Shown one piece after another: positions 49,174-60,305 of a stretch of 64,000 bases of DNA (the stretch's first letter is position 1; the number at the start of each line of letters is the position of its first letter). The stretch spans positions 124,001 through 188,000 of the forward strand of contig NW_005202428.1 of the NCBI RefSeq assembly GCF_000372725.1. Reading direction: 5' to 3'. The stretch comes from Emiliania huxleyi CCMP1516. Taxonomy: Eukaryota. The position numbers were made by a program, and so were the translations under genes. The notes beneath the pieces were generated by a model that was not told the DNA's origin, did not search any database, and was given only the letters and a program-made list of their open reading frames with translations.

Positions 49174-51869
49174 GTGCAGGTTGGCGTGGGCCTCGCAGGC
49201 GGCGCCGAGGTCGCCGTGCAGCTTCTGTCAGAGCACCTGCGGCGCAACCCGGGCCACGCCGTCGCCTCGGACGACAAGAAGAACGGCTTCAACTCCATCT
49301 CACGAGAGGCCATCTTTGCTGGCCTGCGCCGCTGGTACCCCGAGCTCATCCCCACGGTGGCGCTGTGGTACAAGGTCCCCCGCCGTCTCTTCCTCTTCAA
49401 CGAGGAGGCGCGGGACGGCGACGGCAATGTCTTCATGTCGGCCGAGGGATGCGCGCAGGGGGACCCGCTCGGACCGTTCCTCTTCGCCATCGGCTACCAC
49501 TGGACGCTCCTCGAGATGCAAGTGCGCAACCCGTCCGCCCTCATTTTAGCCTACCTTGATGACACCTACGTCGCGGACGCGCCGAGGCCCGCGCTCGAGG
49601 CGATGCTCGAAGGCGACGCCCTTGCTCAGAAGTGGAGCAGGGTGGAGAGCAACGTCAGCAAGCGTCAGATCTGGGCTCCCGACCCCGCGTCGCTCGAGGC
49701 GGTGCGCGACTACCCGAGCGTGAGGGGCACGCCGGCGGCGCCTCCCGACGGCAAGTACGCGGGCGGCACCCTGCGAGGCATCCGCGTGCTCGGGGCGTAC
49801 CTCGGCGATGACGAATGGCGGAAGAAGGAGCTCGTGGCGAGAGTCGAGAGGGCGCTCAAGCCGCTAGAGGGCATCCTCAAGCTGCGCGACACGAAGGAGA
49901 TCCACACGGCGCAGCAGGTGATGCAGGTCCTGCTGCGCTTCTGCAGCAACACGACGCTCACCTTCTTCCTTCGCGCCATGCCGCCGTCGGTCACCCTCCC
50001 GGCAGCGGAGAGGCACGACGAGCTGATTGACACGGCGCTATACAAGCTCGTCGGCGGGGCGCGGGTCGGCGCCGCCGGCACACGCTGGGAGCGCGCGCGC
50101 AAGCAGGCGCGCCTGCCCGTCAAGATGGGCGGCATGGGCCTCACCAGCGCCGTCGACATTCGCGAGCCGGCGTGGATTGGCACGTGGGCGCTCGTCGCTG
50201 GGCCCATGCGCCAGCTGCATGCTCCTTTCCGCGACCTTGACGTGAGCAAGGCGCCGGGCTCCGATTTCGACGAGCTGCGGGCGGCGCATGACAGGCTCAA
50301 GAAGGAGCACGGCGAGATCACGGCGACGTGGAAGGAGTGGGACGACAAGACGGAGGCGGAGTACTTTGACCTGGTCGGTGGCACGACGGGCAGGCCCCCG
50401 GAAGTCGAGGTGGAGCCGTGGGACGAGCCCGACGAGGGCGAGAAGCTGCGCGCCTCCGCGCGGCCGCCGGAGCCGGCTACGAGGGTGGCGCTCTCGCGCT
50501 TCCGTCCGCATACTCTCGTCCAGGCCAAGGAGCTGCTGCCCCTCGCCGAGTTCACGTCCAAGCACGAGTTCCTACACCAGGCGCAGCGGCGCTTCACGAC
50601 GGTGGTCCACAACAGGAACTGGCGCGACCTCGCCCTCGAGCTAAGGCAGGAGGGCTCCAAGGGATCGCGGTCCGCTCCTCGCGGCAAGAAGGGCAAGGCG
50701 CAGGCCAAGGGCAGGGAGCGGGCGAGGCATGCGGCTTGGCGGGAGGCAGTCCGCTTCGTGGCGGTGAGCCAGGATGGCGCCGGCGCCTTCCTCAACGCCA
50801 TCCCAATGCGGGATGACATGCGAATGGAGACTTGGGCGATGCGTCTTTCGGTGCAGCGCCGCCTGGGTCTCCCCCTCGACGTGGCCTGCCAGGCCGCGGC
50901 GGCGGGCAAGAAGACTCGGAATGGGAAGACCCACGACGAGTATGGCGACGCTGCTGTCAACGTACCGCAGCAGGGCCACAACACCAGACACAAGTACACG
51001 CTTCGACGCCTCATCCTCGCCCTACGCGCCGCGTGGGGCACCGCTGTGCGAATGGAGCCGAAAGCCCACCTCGGTCAGAGTTACAACAAACAACCCGACG
51101 TGGACGCGGACAACATTGGCTCGCACGGCACGCACTATTGCGGAGACGTCAAGGTCGTCTGTTCCCTCAGCAGCAGCGGGGAGCACGGTCGGAAGGGCGC
51201 TTTTGTCGCTTTCGGCAACACTGAATCATTCTACCGGAACATGGTCATGGGGCATGGGCCCTACTGCGAGGAGGGAGAGGGAGGTGGGGGGCAGGGAGAG
51301 GGGGGGGGAGAGGAGGAGGGGGGGGGGAGGGGGAGGGGTACGGGGGGGGCGGCATGGAGGGGGAGAGGAAGAGCAAGGGCGAGAGAGGGCAAGGGACTGG
51401 GCGCTGGCATACCAGGGGGGGCAGGGTGGTGGGCGGCGACCGCCGCATACCGTCCTACGGCGGGGACTATCGCTACGCCAGGGAAGACAAGGGCGTCGAA
51501 GTGCAGCTGCTGCTGTTCGAATCGTTCGGCGGGTTCGGAAAGGGGGTCCGTGAGATCCTCCGGAGAGCGGCGGACGTGCTACAGAACAAGCTGACGCGGG
51601 CCCAGTACCTCGATGAGGTGACTTGGACCACCAAGAGCTGGCTGGGGCTGCAGAAGCAGCGCATCTCAGTCGTTCTTCACACGGCCATCGCAGAGCAGGT
51701 CGTGAATGAGCTTGCCTGTGGCGGGGGTGGGCGGGTGCACGGAGCTAAGTGCCTCGCCACCCTCGCAGGAGTCGCTTAGGCGGCTCCCGTGGTGTACCTG
51801 TGTTCGTGCCAGTGCGCGCCAGTCCCGTGCCCAGTGTTGTGCGAGGGAGTTTTGTTGTAAGATTCTTTT
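49174..51869 (+). mobile_element. 5'-truncated CRE/SLACS-clade non-LTR retrotransposon (RT + restriction-like endonuclease), frameshifted in a G-rich tract
   Basis: QVGVG..GGAE, D.KNGFNS, QGDPLGP, AYLDD, RVLG, LP.KMGGMGL, RLGLP, RH...PD...DVKV and FESFGGFG; stop at 51779, then a ~90-bp 3' UTR. Confidence 0.93.
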
Positions 51870-51874
51870 CCTCG

Positions 51875-51965
51875 GTGTGCCGGTGATAGTACTAGCACGC
51901 GCCAGTTCGCACCTGTGTCGAGCCTGTCTGCTGTGAGAGAGAGTTGTTTTGTTTAAATTCTTTTC
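51875..51965 (+). mobile_element. Short 3'-end copy of a sister family, inserted at the 3' end of the CRE element
   Basis: ATTCTTTTCCTCG is duplicated at 51862-51874 and 51957-51969; matches 35405-35528. Confidence 0.8.
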
Positions 51966-51971
51966 CTCGCG

Positions 51972-53402
51972 ATGTCCACCCCGCCGCGCCGCCGCTCGCG
52001 CCGCCTCGCCGCCGGCGCCACCGCCGCGGCCTCGCCAAGTACGCCGCCACCCACCCACCTCCTCGACCTCCCCACGGAGCTCCTCTCGCGCGCCCTCTCC
52101 CGCTGCGACAGCCCCGCCGACATCGCTCGCGTCGCGGCCGTCTCGCTGCTCTTCCACGCCTCGCTGGCGCTGGAGGGCATCCGCTTGTGGGCGCAAGAGC
52201 GCGGCTTCGAGCTGCCGGCGCAGCCAGAGGACGAGGGCTGCGCCGTGCGGTGGCTGTGCTTCGCTGCGCTGCTGCGCGAGTCCAACCCGCCGGCGAGGGC
52301 GGCGGGAGGCCGTCTGCACAGCGTCTTCATCGACGGCGAGGGGCGGCTCTTGTCATGCGGGACGGCTGAGAGCTGGACGCCAGGACTGCTCGGGCACGGT
52401 GAGGGCGTGACGCAGCTCAACACGCCGACACGCCTCCCTTCCCCGCTGGGCGGCGAGCGTGCCGTGAGCGTGTCGGCGGGAGCTGCGCATAGCCTCGCCC
52501 TCGCCACCGACGGCAGCGTCTGGAGCTGGGGCTTGGGAGCTTGTGGCCAGCTGGGCCACAGCGACGAGCAGGACCACCTGCTGCCGAATAAGATCGATGC
52601 CTTCTCGTGCCAGAGCGTCGTCGCCGTGTCGGCTGGCTTCGGTCACAGCCTCGCCCGCATCGCCGACGGCAGCGTCTGGAGCTGGGGCTATGGAGCCTAT
52701 GGCCAGTTGGGCCACGGCGACGAGCAGAACCAGCTGCTGCCCAAGAAGATCGAGGCCTTAGCTGACCAGCGCACCGTCGCTGTCGAGCCTGGATACTTCC
52801 ACAGCCTCGCCCTCACCGCCGACGGCGCCCTCTGGAGCTGGGGCGGTGGAGCCTGTGGCCGGTTAGGCCACGGCGACGAGCAGAACCAGCTGCTGCCCAA
52901 GAAGATCGAGGCCTTGACTGGCCAGCGCGTCGTCGCGGTGTCGGGTGGAGAGTACCATAGCCTCGCCGTCACCGCCGACGGCTCCGTCTGGAGCTGGGGC
53001 AATGGAGCCTTCGGCCGGTTGGGCCACGGCGACTATCAGAACCAGTTGCTGCCCAAGCTGATCGAGGCCTTTGCTAGGCAGCGCGTCGTCGCTGTGTCGG
53101 CTGGCTTGGGTCACAGCCTCGCCCTCACCGCCGACGGCGCTGTCTGGAGCTGGGGCTATGGAGGCGAAGGCCAGCTGGGCCACGGCGATGAGCAGAGGCA
53201 GCAGCTGCCGAAGAAGGTCGAAGCCTTTGCGGGCCGGCGCACCGTCACTGTGTCGGCTGGAGGCCACCACAGCCTCGCCCGCACCGCCGATGGCGCCGTC
53301 CTTACCTGGGGCGTGGGCGAAGGCGGCTTCTTAGGCCACGGAGAGGACTTGTCCAACCAGCTGCTGCCCAAGAAGATCGAGGCGTGGGTGCAGGGGCAGT
53401 GA
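51972..53402 (+). CDS. F-box-like + RCC1 repeat (UVR8/HERC-like propeller) protein, intronless
   Basis: LLDLPTELLSRAL, then about 6-7 repeats of VSAG..HSLA.TADG.VWSWG.G..GQLGHGD. Confidence 0.95.
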   Translation: MSTPPRRRSRRLAAGATAAASPSTPPPTHLLDLPTELLSRALSRCDSPADIARVAAVSLLFHASLALEGIRLWAQERGFELPAQPEDEGCAVRWLCFAALLRESNPPARAAGGRLHSVFIDGEGRLLSCGTAESWTPGLLGHGEGVTQLNTPTRLPSPLGGERAVSVSAGAAHSLALATDGSVWSWGLGACGQLGHSDEQDHLLPNKIDAFSCQSVVAVSAGFGHSLARIADGSVWSWGYGAYGQLGHGDEQNQLLPKKIEALADQRTVAVEPGYFHSLALTADGALWSWGGGACGRLGHGDEQNQLLPKKIEALTGQRVVAVSGGEYHSLAVTADGSVWSWGNGAFGRLGHGDYQNQLLPKLIEAFARQRVVAVSAGLGHSLALTADGAVWSWGYGGEGQLGHGDEQRQQLPKKVEAFAGRRTVTVSAGGHHSLARTADGAVLTWGVGEGGFLGHGEDLSNQLLPKKIEAWVQGQ

Positions 53403-54012
53403 GAAATTTGCGCAGTTGGACAAGGAGGGGATTCGGCTTCTCGCGGCGCTCTCAACGAGGAGAGGTTTCGGTTCGGCGTCACGGCGGGGCCGAGCCCGAG
53501 TTTCGGCGGCGGTACCCAGAGTCGCCGGTGCTGCCGGCGACGTACGCGGTTGTCGGTAGGGAGTACGCGGGTGTGTGAAATTACGCACGCGTGCAGGCAG
53601 TGTATTGAGTATAGGAGCATTTTGCTTTTTGATGCTGTGGGGAGAGAGAGAGTACTTGACGTGGGGAGAGAGCACCCATTCTTGTTGCATCCTCGACCGC
53701 ACAGTCCTACTCGATCGCTGTCTCAGCGTGTTGAAGCTCTTGAGCCCTCGAGTGGTCAGAACTAAATAAGGGTGTTTTTTTCGTATAACGTAATAATATC
53801 AGCTGATGCGGAGCCTCGCGATTCCGGATTCGGAGGACACCGACCCTTTTCGTAATTCGTTCGACAGGCAGGCGGCCCCCGCCGTAACTCAGAAAAGAAC
53901 GTAGTACTGGGGGGGGGGGGGGGGCATGACTCAAGCACTGAGTGCATGACGCGCGCGCGCGGCCGCGGCCAGTGGCACGTCGCCGGCAGGCAGAAGTGCA
54001 CGCGGAAACACG

Positions 54013-55128
54013 TCACGGAATGTATCTGAACAATGAGAGGCCCTGCTGTTCGAAATATTGGCGGCCAACTAAGTCCTGAATGCGGCGTAGAATGGCGGGA
54101 TCGGCCACGATTGGAAAGCCAAGCCGATTGCATTCATCTCGCACGTGCTGCTGCATTTCGGCAAGGCTTGTGTAGGGCACATCCACGCCAGCGGTGATTG
54201 CGTGCTTCTGCTTCAGGAAGCGCACGAGAGCAGCGTCCAGAAAATGCTGGCCCGAGCGGTCCAGAAAATACAATCGGCGTTCCTCGTGAAGCTGGATGCA
54301 ATGTGTGCAGCGGCAGGAAGGGCGATGTTTGTACCAGATAGCATACTCGACCAGCGTTTGCGACTCCTTGTACACGATGTACTCAGGGTGCTCCACGCAG
54401 CCGCCGCCCGTTGTCGTGAGCGCAATGACTGACGAGAGCGCGCCGCGGCCGTCGGGCCGCTCGGGCGGGCGAAGAGAGCGCCGCATGGGCTCTGGGCAAA
54501 GGTAGGCCTCGCCGAGGCACGCGCGTACAACAAGAATGCAGCGCTCACCTGCGGCATTTGGCTTCGTGTAGATGTCACTCTTGGACGAATTGGTGGCAAG
54601 GTAGATCCCAGAGCCAAATAATTTGCCGAAGTGTTCGCCAGCGTAGCGCGGGTCAAGACCCTGCATGAGCAGGCGCGACTCGACGAGATCTGAAGGCGCG
54701 CCGTGGTACATGAGGAATTCGTTCATGGACAGCCCATCGAAACTGCTCACCTCGAGCGCGTCGACTGTCAGGCTCGTGACGGCACGTTGGCAAAGACCGG
54801 CTATGTCCTGGACCTCGGCAAGGTACTTCTCCTGCAGCCGGGGGGCTTTCACGCGGAGGATGCGAAGGACGTCAAATTGCGGTGGGTCACGATGCGGGTC
54901 GCCCGGCTCAGGGCCACGGTGGCTCGCCGTCGTACGTTGAAACTCACGGGCCAGGTGCTCGTAAATTGGGTCATCACTGGCTAGCTGTTCGGTTCCCGTT
55001 TGCGAGTATCGGGAATAATGGGGCAGCCTGCTCATGCTGGAGCGCACGCACTCGCGCAGTTTCGAAGATGTCTCGTCGTGGAGCTGCTGTTGTCCCTGAT
55101 CGCCTGAAGCTCGTCGCTTGGCGGCCAT
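54013..55128 (-). CDS. PARP-family ADP-ribosyltransferase (H-Y-E type) with a C-terminal cullin neddylation-like domain
   Basis: MYHG, KLFGSGIYLATNSSKS..Y, ILVVRACLG, PEYIVY; C-terminus DAALVRFLK...ILRRIQDLVGRQYFE...FRYIP. Confidence 0.88.
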   Translation of the reverse strand: MAAKRRASGDQGQQQLHDETSSKLRECVRSSMSRLPHYSRYSQTGTEQLASDDPIYEHLAREFQRTTASHRGPEPGDPHRDPPQFDVLRILRVKAPRLQEKYLAEVQDIAGLCQRAVTSLTVDALEVSSFDGLSMNEFLMYHGAPSDLVESRLLMQGLDPRYAGEHFGKLFGSGIYLATNSSKSDIYTKPNAAGERCILVVRACLGEAYLCPEPMRRSLRPPERPDGRGALSSVIALTTTGGGCVEHPEYIVYKESQTLVEYAIWYKHRPSCRCTHCIQLHEERRLYFLDRSGQHFLDAALVRFLKQKHAITAGVDVPYTSLAEMQQHVRDECNRLGFPIVADPAILRRIQDLVGRQYFEQQGLSLFRYIP

Positions 55129-55869
55129 GTCAAAGGCCCCGCCCAACACCACGTTGCCTGCGATCGCGCCTGGCCCTGCCCTGCCCGCCCGCCAACGAGG
55201 CTCTTCACATAAACGCACAACTCTTCACAGCCTTCTCGAGGTTCTCGAGGTGGATATCCTTTGGCCGCGTTGGGTAGCGAGGATTGGTGTAACCCCAGTG
55301 TAACCCGAGCCACGGAGGCGTGTTTTCTGGCGGCCGACCGTCAGTGCACGGAGTTGCCCCTTCTCCGACTGCCCCGGCTAGTTCACGGGTTTCGCGGGAG
55401 TGACCCCATGCGTCAAACCCGAGACCTAGCGCGGGTGGGTTGGAGGGGGCTCGCCCCGCTCCTCCCCATCGGGCCGCATGAGCGGCCGCGCCCGCAGATT
55501 CGTTTCTCGCGCCTGGGTCAGGCGCGCGCGGGGCATCCCCCGGGTCGCTCGACCAGCGATCCGAAGAGTGGCCGCTATGTCAAGGTACAAGGAAAGAGCG
55601 GGGCCCTCGGGGTGCGCCTCGTCCGGCCCCCTCCGAGGGGGGAAGGGAATGGCGGGGTCCCCTCGGGCGCCTCAGTTCGGCCCTCCCGAGGGGGGGGGGG
55701 GGGAGCAAGGGGGTGGGGGGATCGGGGCGGTGGGGAGGGTCTCGGATTTCGCGGGTCTAATAGTTGCCTTTCGGGCTCTCTGCGTGCTCTCGTGGGTCCC
55801 GACAGCGGGTGAATTGCGGCGAAGACTTGGGTTGGCGGTGGGCTGGCTGTGCGGCTGTGGGGCGGCTGG

Positions 55870-56056
55870 CACCAGAGCGCGAAGAACGAGGCCGTTTTGA
55901 GCGTCTCAAACACGCCATCGCTCTCCTTGGCCTCGGCCGCGTCGGCCATGAAGATTGCCGGCGCACGCGGCGCCAGCCGAGCGGCGGTCGGAAGCGCGAC
56001 GGCGGCGCGCTGCGGTGCAACGCGCAGGTGGTGGCGCGGTGCCTCGTTCGCCGCTT
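55870..56056 (-). pseudogene. N-terminal fragment of a plastid phosphate translocator (TPT-like)
   Basis: Transit-peptide-like sequence, then MADAAEAKESDGVFETLKTASFFALW; no further exons were found. Confidence 0.5.
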
Positions 56057-56076
56057 ATGATGTAGAGTTTGTTGTA

Positions 56077-57034
56077 CTCCCTTAATGTAGGTAAACGAAA
56101 AAAGTAGCGGCCAATTCGTCCACGTACGGCCTAGTGAGTGGTTGGGGTGGCCTCAGGCATCCCCAAGGGAGCCTCTGCGGTGCCACATAAGCAGCTTAGT
56201 GATTGTCGAGACTTTAAAGGATTCGTTTGAAGATCTCGCAAACAAGGCAGACACTACTATGGTCACCAGTAAACGAAAATTCGACTTTGAGGGATAATAT
56301 CTCAAAAGACTGGGTGAGAGCAAGCATTATTATTGCATATTAGGCCGCATAAGGTCAGACTTGACCCCACAAGCATCAAGAACCCGATGCTCCGGCTCGA
56401 CTGTGCCGGCACACTGCCTCCTCGCGCACGCTGCTAGCAGGCCGTTGCGGCCCGTGGTGCACCAGAGAGAGAGGTCGACGCGTTGCCCCCGCTGGCGACC
56501 CCGCGCGGCTCAGGCCGGCCAGAAGGTGTGTGGTGACGGCACCGTGGCAGGAGTGCGGAGATGAGCTCGCCGAACGCGAGCAGCAGATGGCCAAAGTGTG
56601 CCAGCGCGAGAGCCTCGCGAGCGGGCGCAGAAGGAGCTCGCCGTGACACGATGCCGGGCGGTGGTGGTGCTCTGGCGACTGTGCACAGTGGGCAAAGTCA
56701 GGCTGCAACAGGGCAGCACGATGGTAGTGCCCTGCTGCAGCCTGGCCTGACATGCACAGGGCGAACAGAGACACTACTATCGTCTGGCGCTCGTCACCGA
56801 ACCTGGGCGAACTTCGACCGCCGCCACAGCTGGCCACGAGCACGCAGCGACAAAATGCTGACTGTACGGAAGTTGAGGCTGGTCGAGAGGAAGAGGCTGC
56901 CGTGCGAGCCGGCAGCTGGCTGGCTCGGGCGGACTGACTCCGGCGTCTTTTCGGCTTCTTCTTTCATAGAGAGGCGTGTATCTTAAGAATTCTTTCATCG
57001 TATACGCTACTTTCGTTTACCCACATTAAGGGAG
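56077..57034. mobile_element. Non-autonomous Tc1/mariner-type element (MITE-like) with ~30-bp TIRs and a TA TSD
   Basis: TA|CTCCCTTAATGTAGGTAAACGAAA ... TTTCGTTTACCCACATTAAGGGAG|TA. Confidence 0.88.
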
Positions 57035-57346
57035 TAGAGATTTCACGTTGTAGAGCGCCTCTACATCGCTCTACAACGCACCCGCTTCGTCCCGCGGCGG
57101 ATGTAGAGCTCTACAGCTCTACAGCGCTCTACAGCTCTACAGCTCTACAGCGCTCTACACTCTACATCCTCTACACCCTCCCTCAGTCCCCGCTCCCGTT
57201 CCCCTGTGTCCCTGATCGTCCTTACAAGATCCTGCTCGTGCAGGTGGGGACCCTGTCCTTCTCCCACCCCTCGTTTGGCGTGCCCGTTATTTATTTATTT
57301 ATTTATTTATTGGATTGTCATCCCTCCCTTGGGTTGTCCGTTTTCT

Positions 57347-57428
57347 TTCTTTTTTCTGTTAGTGCCAGTGCGCGCCAGTCCCGTGCCCAGTGTTGTGCGA
57401 GGGAGTTTTGTTGTAAAATTCTTTTTTC
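57347..57428 (+). mobile_element. CRE-type 3' UTR copy with a TTCTTTTTTC duplication
   Basis: Matches 51798-51869; TTCTTTTTTC occurs at 57347-57356 and 57419-57428. Confidence 0.85.
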
Positions 57429-57859
57429 CCTTGGATTGAGTCTTCTTTTCTTTCTTTCGGCTGCACGCCGTGTTTTCTTTCAGGGCACACTCTGGTGGTG
57501 CAGCGCACTCTGCGCAGCGCCACCGGCGGTGCGTCGGAGTGGCGGCCGCCACTCGCGTGGTGCGTTGCGGCCTCCGACCGCGGAGAGCCCCCGTCACCAC
57601 CGGCGGCCGCCTCAACTCCCCGAGCGGGGCCGGCATACCACGGCACGCACGGCATTTCCTGCGCCAGCGCAGGGCCACAGCCCCTGGGCTAGCTGTTGGC
57701 GTATACCCACCTCAAGGCCGGCGCGCACGCGCCGGCGATGGACAACGCCACCGGCTCAAGGGCTCGCACTCTCCTCACCACCGCGCGCGCGTTGCAGCAG
57801 GAGTACCGCATGAACAAAGAAGAGGCGACGGGAGGAACCGGCGGAGGATGCAGTGACGT

Positions 57860-57999
<140 letters not shown>

Positions 58000-58019
58000 G
58001 CTCACCCACGCGCACTGGG

Positions 58020-58635
58020 CCTTGCACTTTGAATGCCGTGGGGCTCCTGTCGTCAGACGTGGAGACGCGAGGGTTGCCCCCCCTTGCCCCACCACCTCGT
58101 GTGTGTGGAGAAGTTTACCTTACCTTACCTTACCTACCGCATGCCGCAGTGCGACACTTGCTTCTCCCGTCTCTGCGATCGGCCTCCCTTCATCGTGAAC
58201 TCGGTGATCGTGTGGGCTAGGAGGACGCGGCCAGCACCGCGCCGGATCTCTTCTGAGAGCCGGCGCGGATCGCGGATGCGACTCAAGGCTCCGCCGGCGG
58301 ATCTGTGGCCTGGCGCCTGCCAGACTGCGGGTCCAAACACCCCGGCGCTCGCGCGCGCCACCGCCCCCGGCGCGGGGTGGGATATCAGTTCGTGAGTTCT
58401 GTGTCCCCGTCCCTGTGCTCCACCTTCTTCTCCCGTGTCAGTCCCTGAGAACCCCACTATACAGCGCCACCTCGTGAGCTGTTCTGTGCTGTGTGTCCAG
58501 CAGTCCGGACCCGGTGCTACGGCCGGTGACAGTGTGCCTCGTGTCGGCTCCCGAGCCAATCGTGTGCAGCGTGTGTGTGCGTGTGGGCCCGTCCTCCATG
58601 CTTGGAGGTGTGTAAGACTGACTGACTGACTGACT
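58020..58635 (+). mobile_element. Two stacked retroelement 3' ends, with a (TTACC)n tail at ~58114-58138 and a (GACT)n tail at ~58617-58635
   Basis: Simple-repeat tails; similarity to 39258-39366. Confidence 0.6.
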
Positions 58636-59880
58636 TGTAGAGGTCATCTGCGGTCCGATCCGAGCTCGAAAACCAGAAACCGAGAGAGATTTTTCGAATA
58701 CAAACAACATGTACCAGACAACTCTAACACTCACAGCGGAGGGCTGGCGAAAAATAAAGAACGCGCGCCATAATGGACGTGTGGCTGTCTGCGTGGCGAA
58801 AACTCGCTCTCGAGAGCCGCGAGAGGGCGGCGCTCTGCAGTGAGCGGTGCCGCCCGATGAGTGTGTAAAGACGTTCATTTGATCTCATAAAAGACACGGA
58901 GCGCGCCTCGCACGGAAATGGCATGAGGTGAAGCCCACAGCGACCGCGCTCAACAGCCTCTCTCACCGGCAGATTTCGCCCGCGCGGCAGACCGCACTTT
59001 CATCGGTTCGCGCGTTCTCGCCGGACGGACGTTCGCCGGCAGGCCGCGAGGGCATCTGCCGGCGCTCGTCTGCCAAAGTGGCGCCAGAGTGGAGAACTGG
59101 AGGCTGCATATTCAACTGGCCTAGGCGGCCATCGCGCGGTCTACCGTTCGGCGGCTGAAAAAGGGGTAGACGCGTCTACCGCGGTCTACCAAGTCTACCG
59201 GTAGACTGGGGTCGTAGGTTCATTACGGTCTACCGGTAGACTGCCGGTAGACTCGTCTACCAAATGGTGTACCGTCTACCCGGTCTACCGGTAGACGGTA
59301 GACGGGCCACCCCTCAGGGGTGGGGAGGACGGCACGCCGCCACCACACAGGGATTTAAGGAAGAAAACAAAGAAAGAACGTTGACAGCGCAAACGAGGGA
59401 TGGGGGAGGAGGACGGGTCCCCACCTGCACGAGCAGGATTTTGGAAGGACGATCAGTTGGAAGGACGATCAGGGGCACAGGTGGGGCTCTCTTGCTCCTG
59501 ACAAGGGACACGACAGGCTCGCAGCGCGGTGCACGGTGGGCTCCCAACTCCACTGGCGGTCTCATCTCAGTCTAGCGACCTGCCTCCAGCAGGGATTTAG
59601 AGATCTCTCTTCTTGGGATTTAAGGACACAAGGCATGCGAGAGAGGCGGCCAAATTCTCCCTGTCACGGCGCCTCTCTCGCAAACCCAGTAGTTAAAAAC
59701 CAGAGTCGTGTGTCGCGCGCTTGTCCGCGCCAGTCCGCGCCCTTGTCGTGCCAGTGTGCTGTGAGAGAGCTTGTATTTGGNNNNNNNNNNNNNNNNNNNN
59801 NNNNNNNNNNNNNNNNNNNNNNNNNNNNNNNNNNNNNNNNNNNNNNNNNNNNNNNNNNNNNNNNNNNNNNNNNNNNNNNN

Positions 59881-60305
59881 CACTGGCACTAACAAAGAAG
59901 CTCTCTCACCGCACACTGGCACGACAAGGGCGCGGACTGGCGCGGACTGGCACACACACCGGCTCACCACCGGAGCCGCCTAAGCGACTCCGTTAAGAAC
60001 GGCAATGCATTCCGCACCGTGCACAATCTCCCCGCACGCTAGCTCGTTCACCGTCTGCCACGCCACGGCGGTGTGGAGGACGACAGACAAGCGCTGCATC
60101 TGCAGCCCGTGCCAGTTCTTGGTGGTCCATGTGACCTCGTCCAGGTGCTGAGCGTGCGAAAGTTTGTTGCTCAGCTGGTTCGCCGCCTCCCTCAGGGTGC
60201 TGCGAACCTCCTTTCCAAAGCCTCCGAAAGCCTCAAAATCAAACAAACGTAAATCGCAATCCTGCTCCCGCGCAAAGCGGTAATCGCCATCCAGCTCCTG
60301 TGGTA
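59881..60305 (-). mobile_element. Diverged CRE-type retrotransposon 3' end (endonuclease C-terminus + UTR)
   Basis: GDYRFARE...FEAFGGFGK...LDEVTWTTK.W.GLQ.QR.SVVLHTA...GVA* is homologous to 51460-51779. Confidence 0.92.

Noticed and set aside
51270..51430. G-rich tract as a programmed frameshift in the retrotransposon
   Set aside because: It is a low-complexity G-run in a 5'-truncated copy; decay or sequencing error is more likely.
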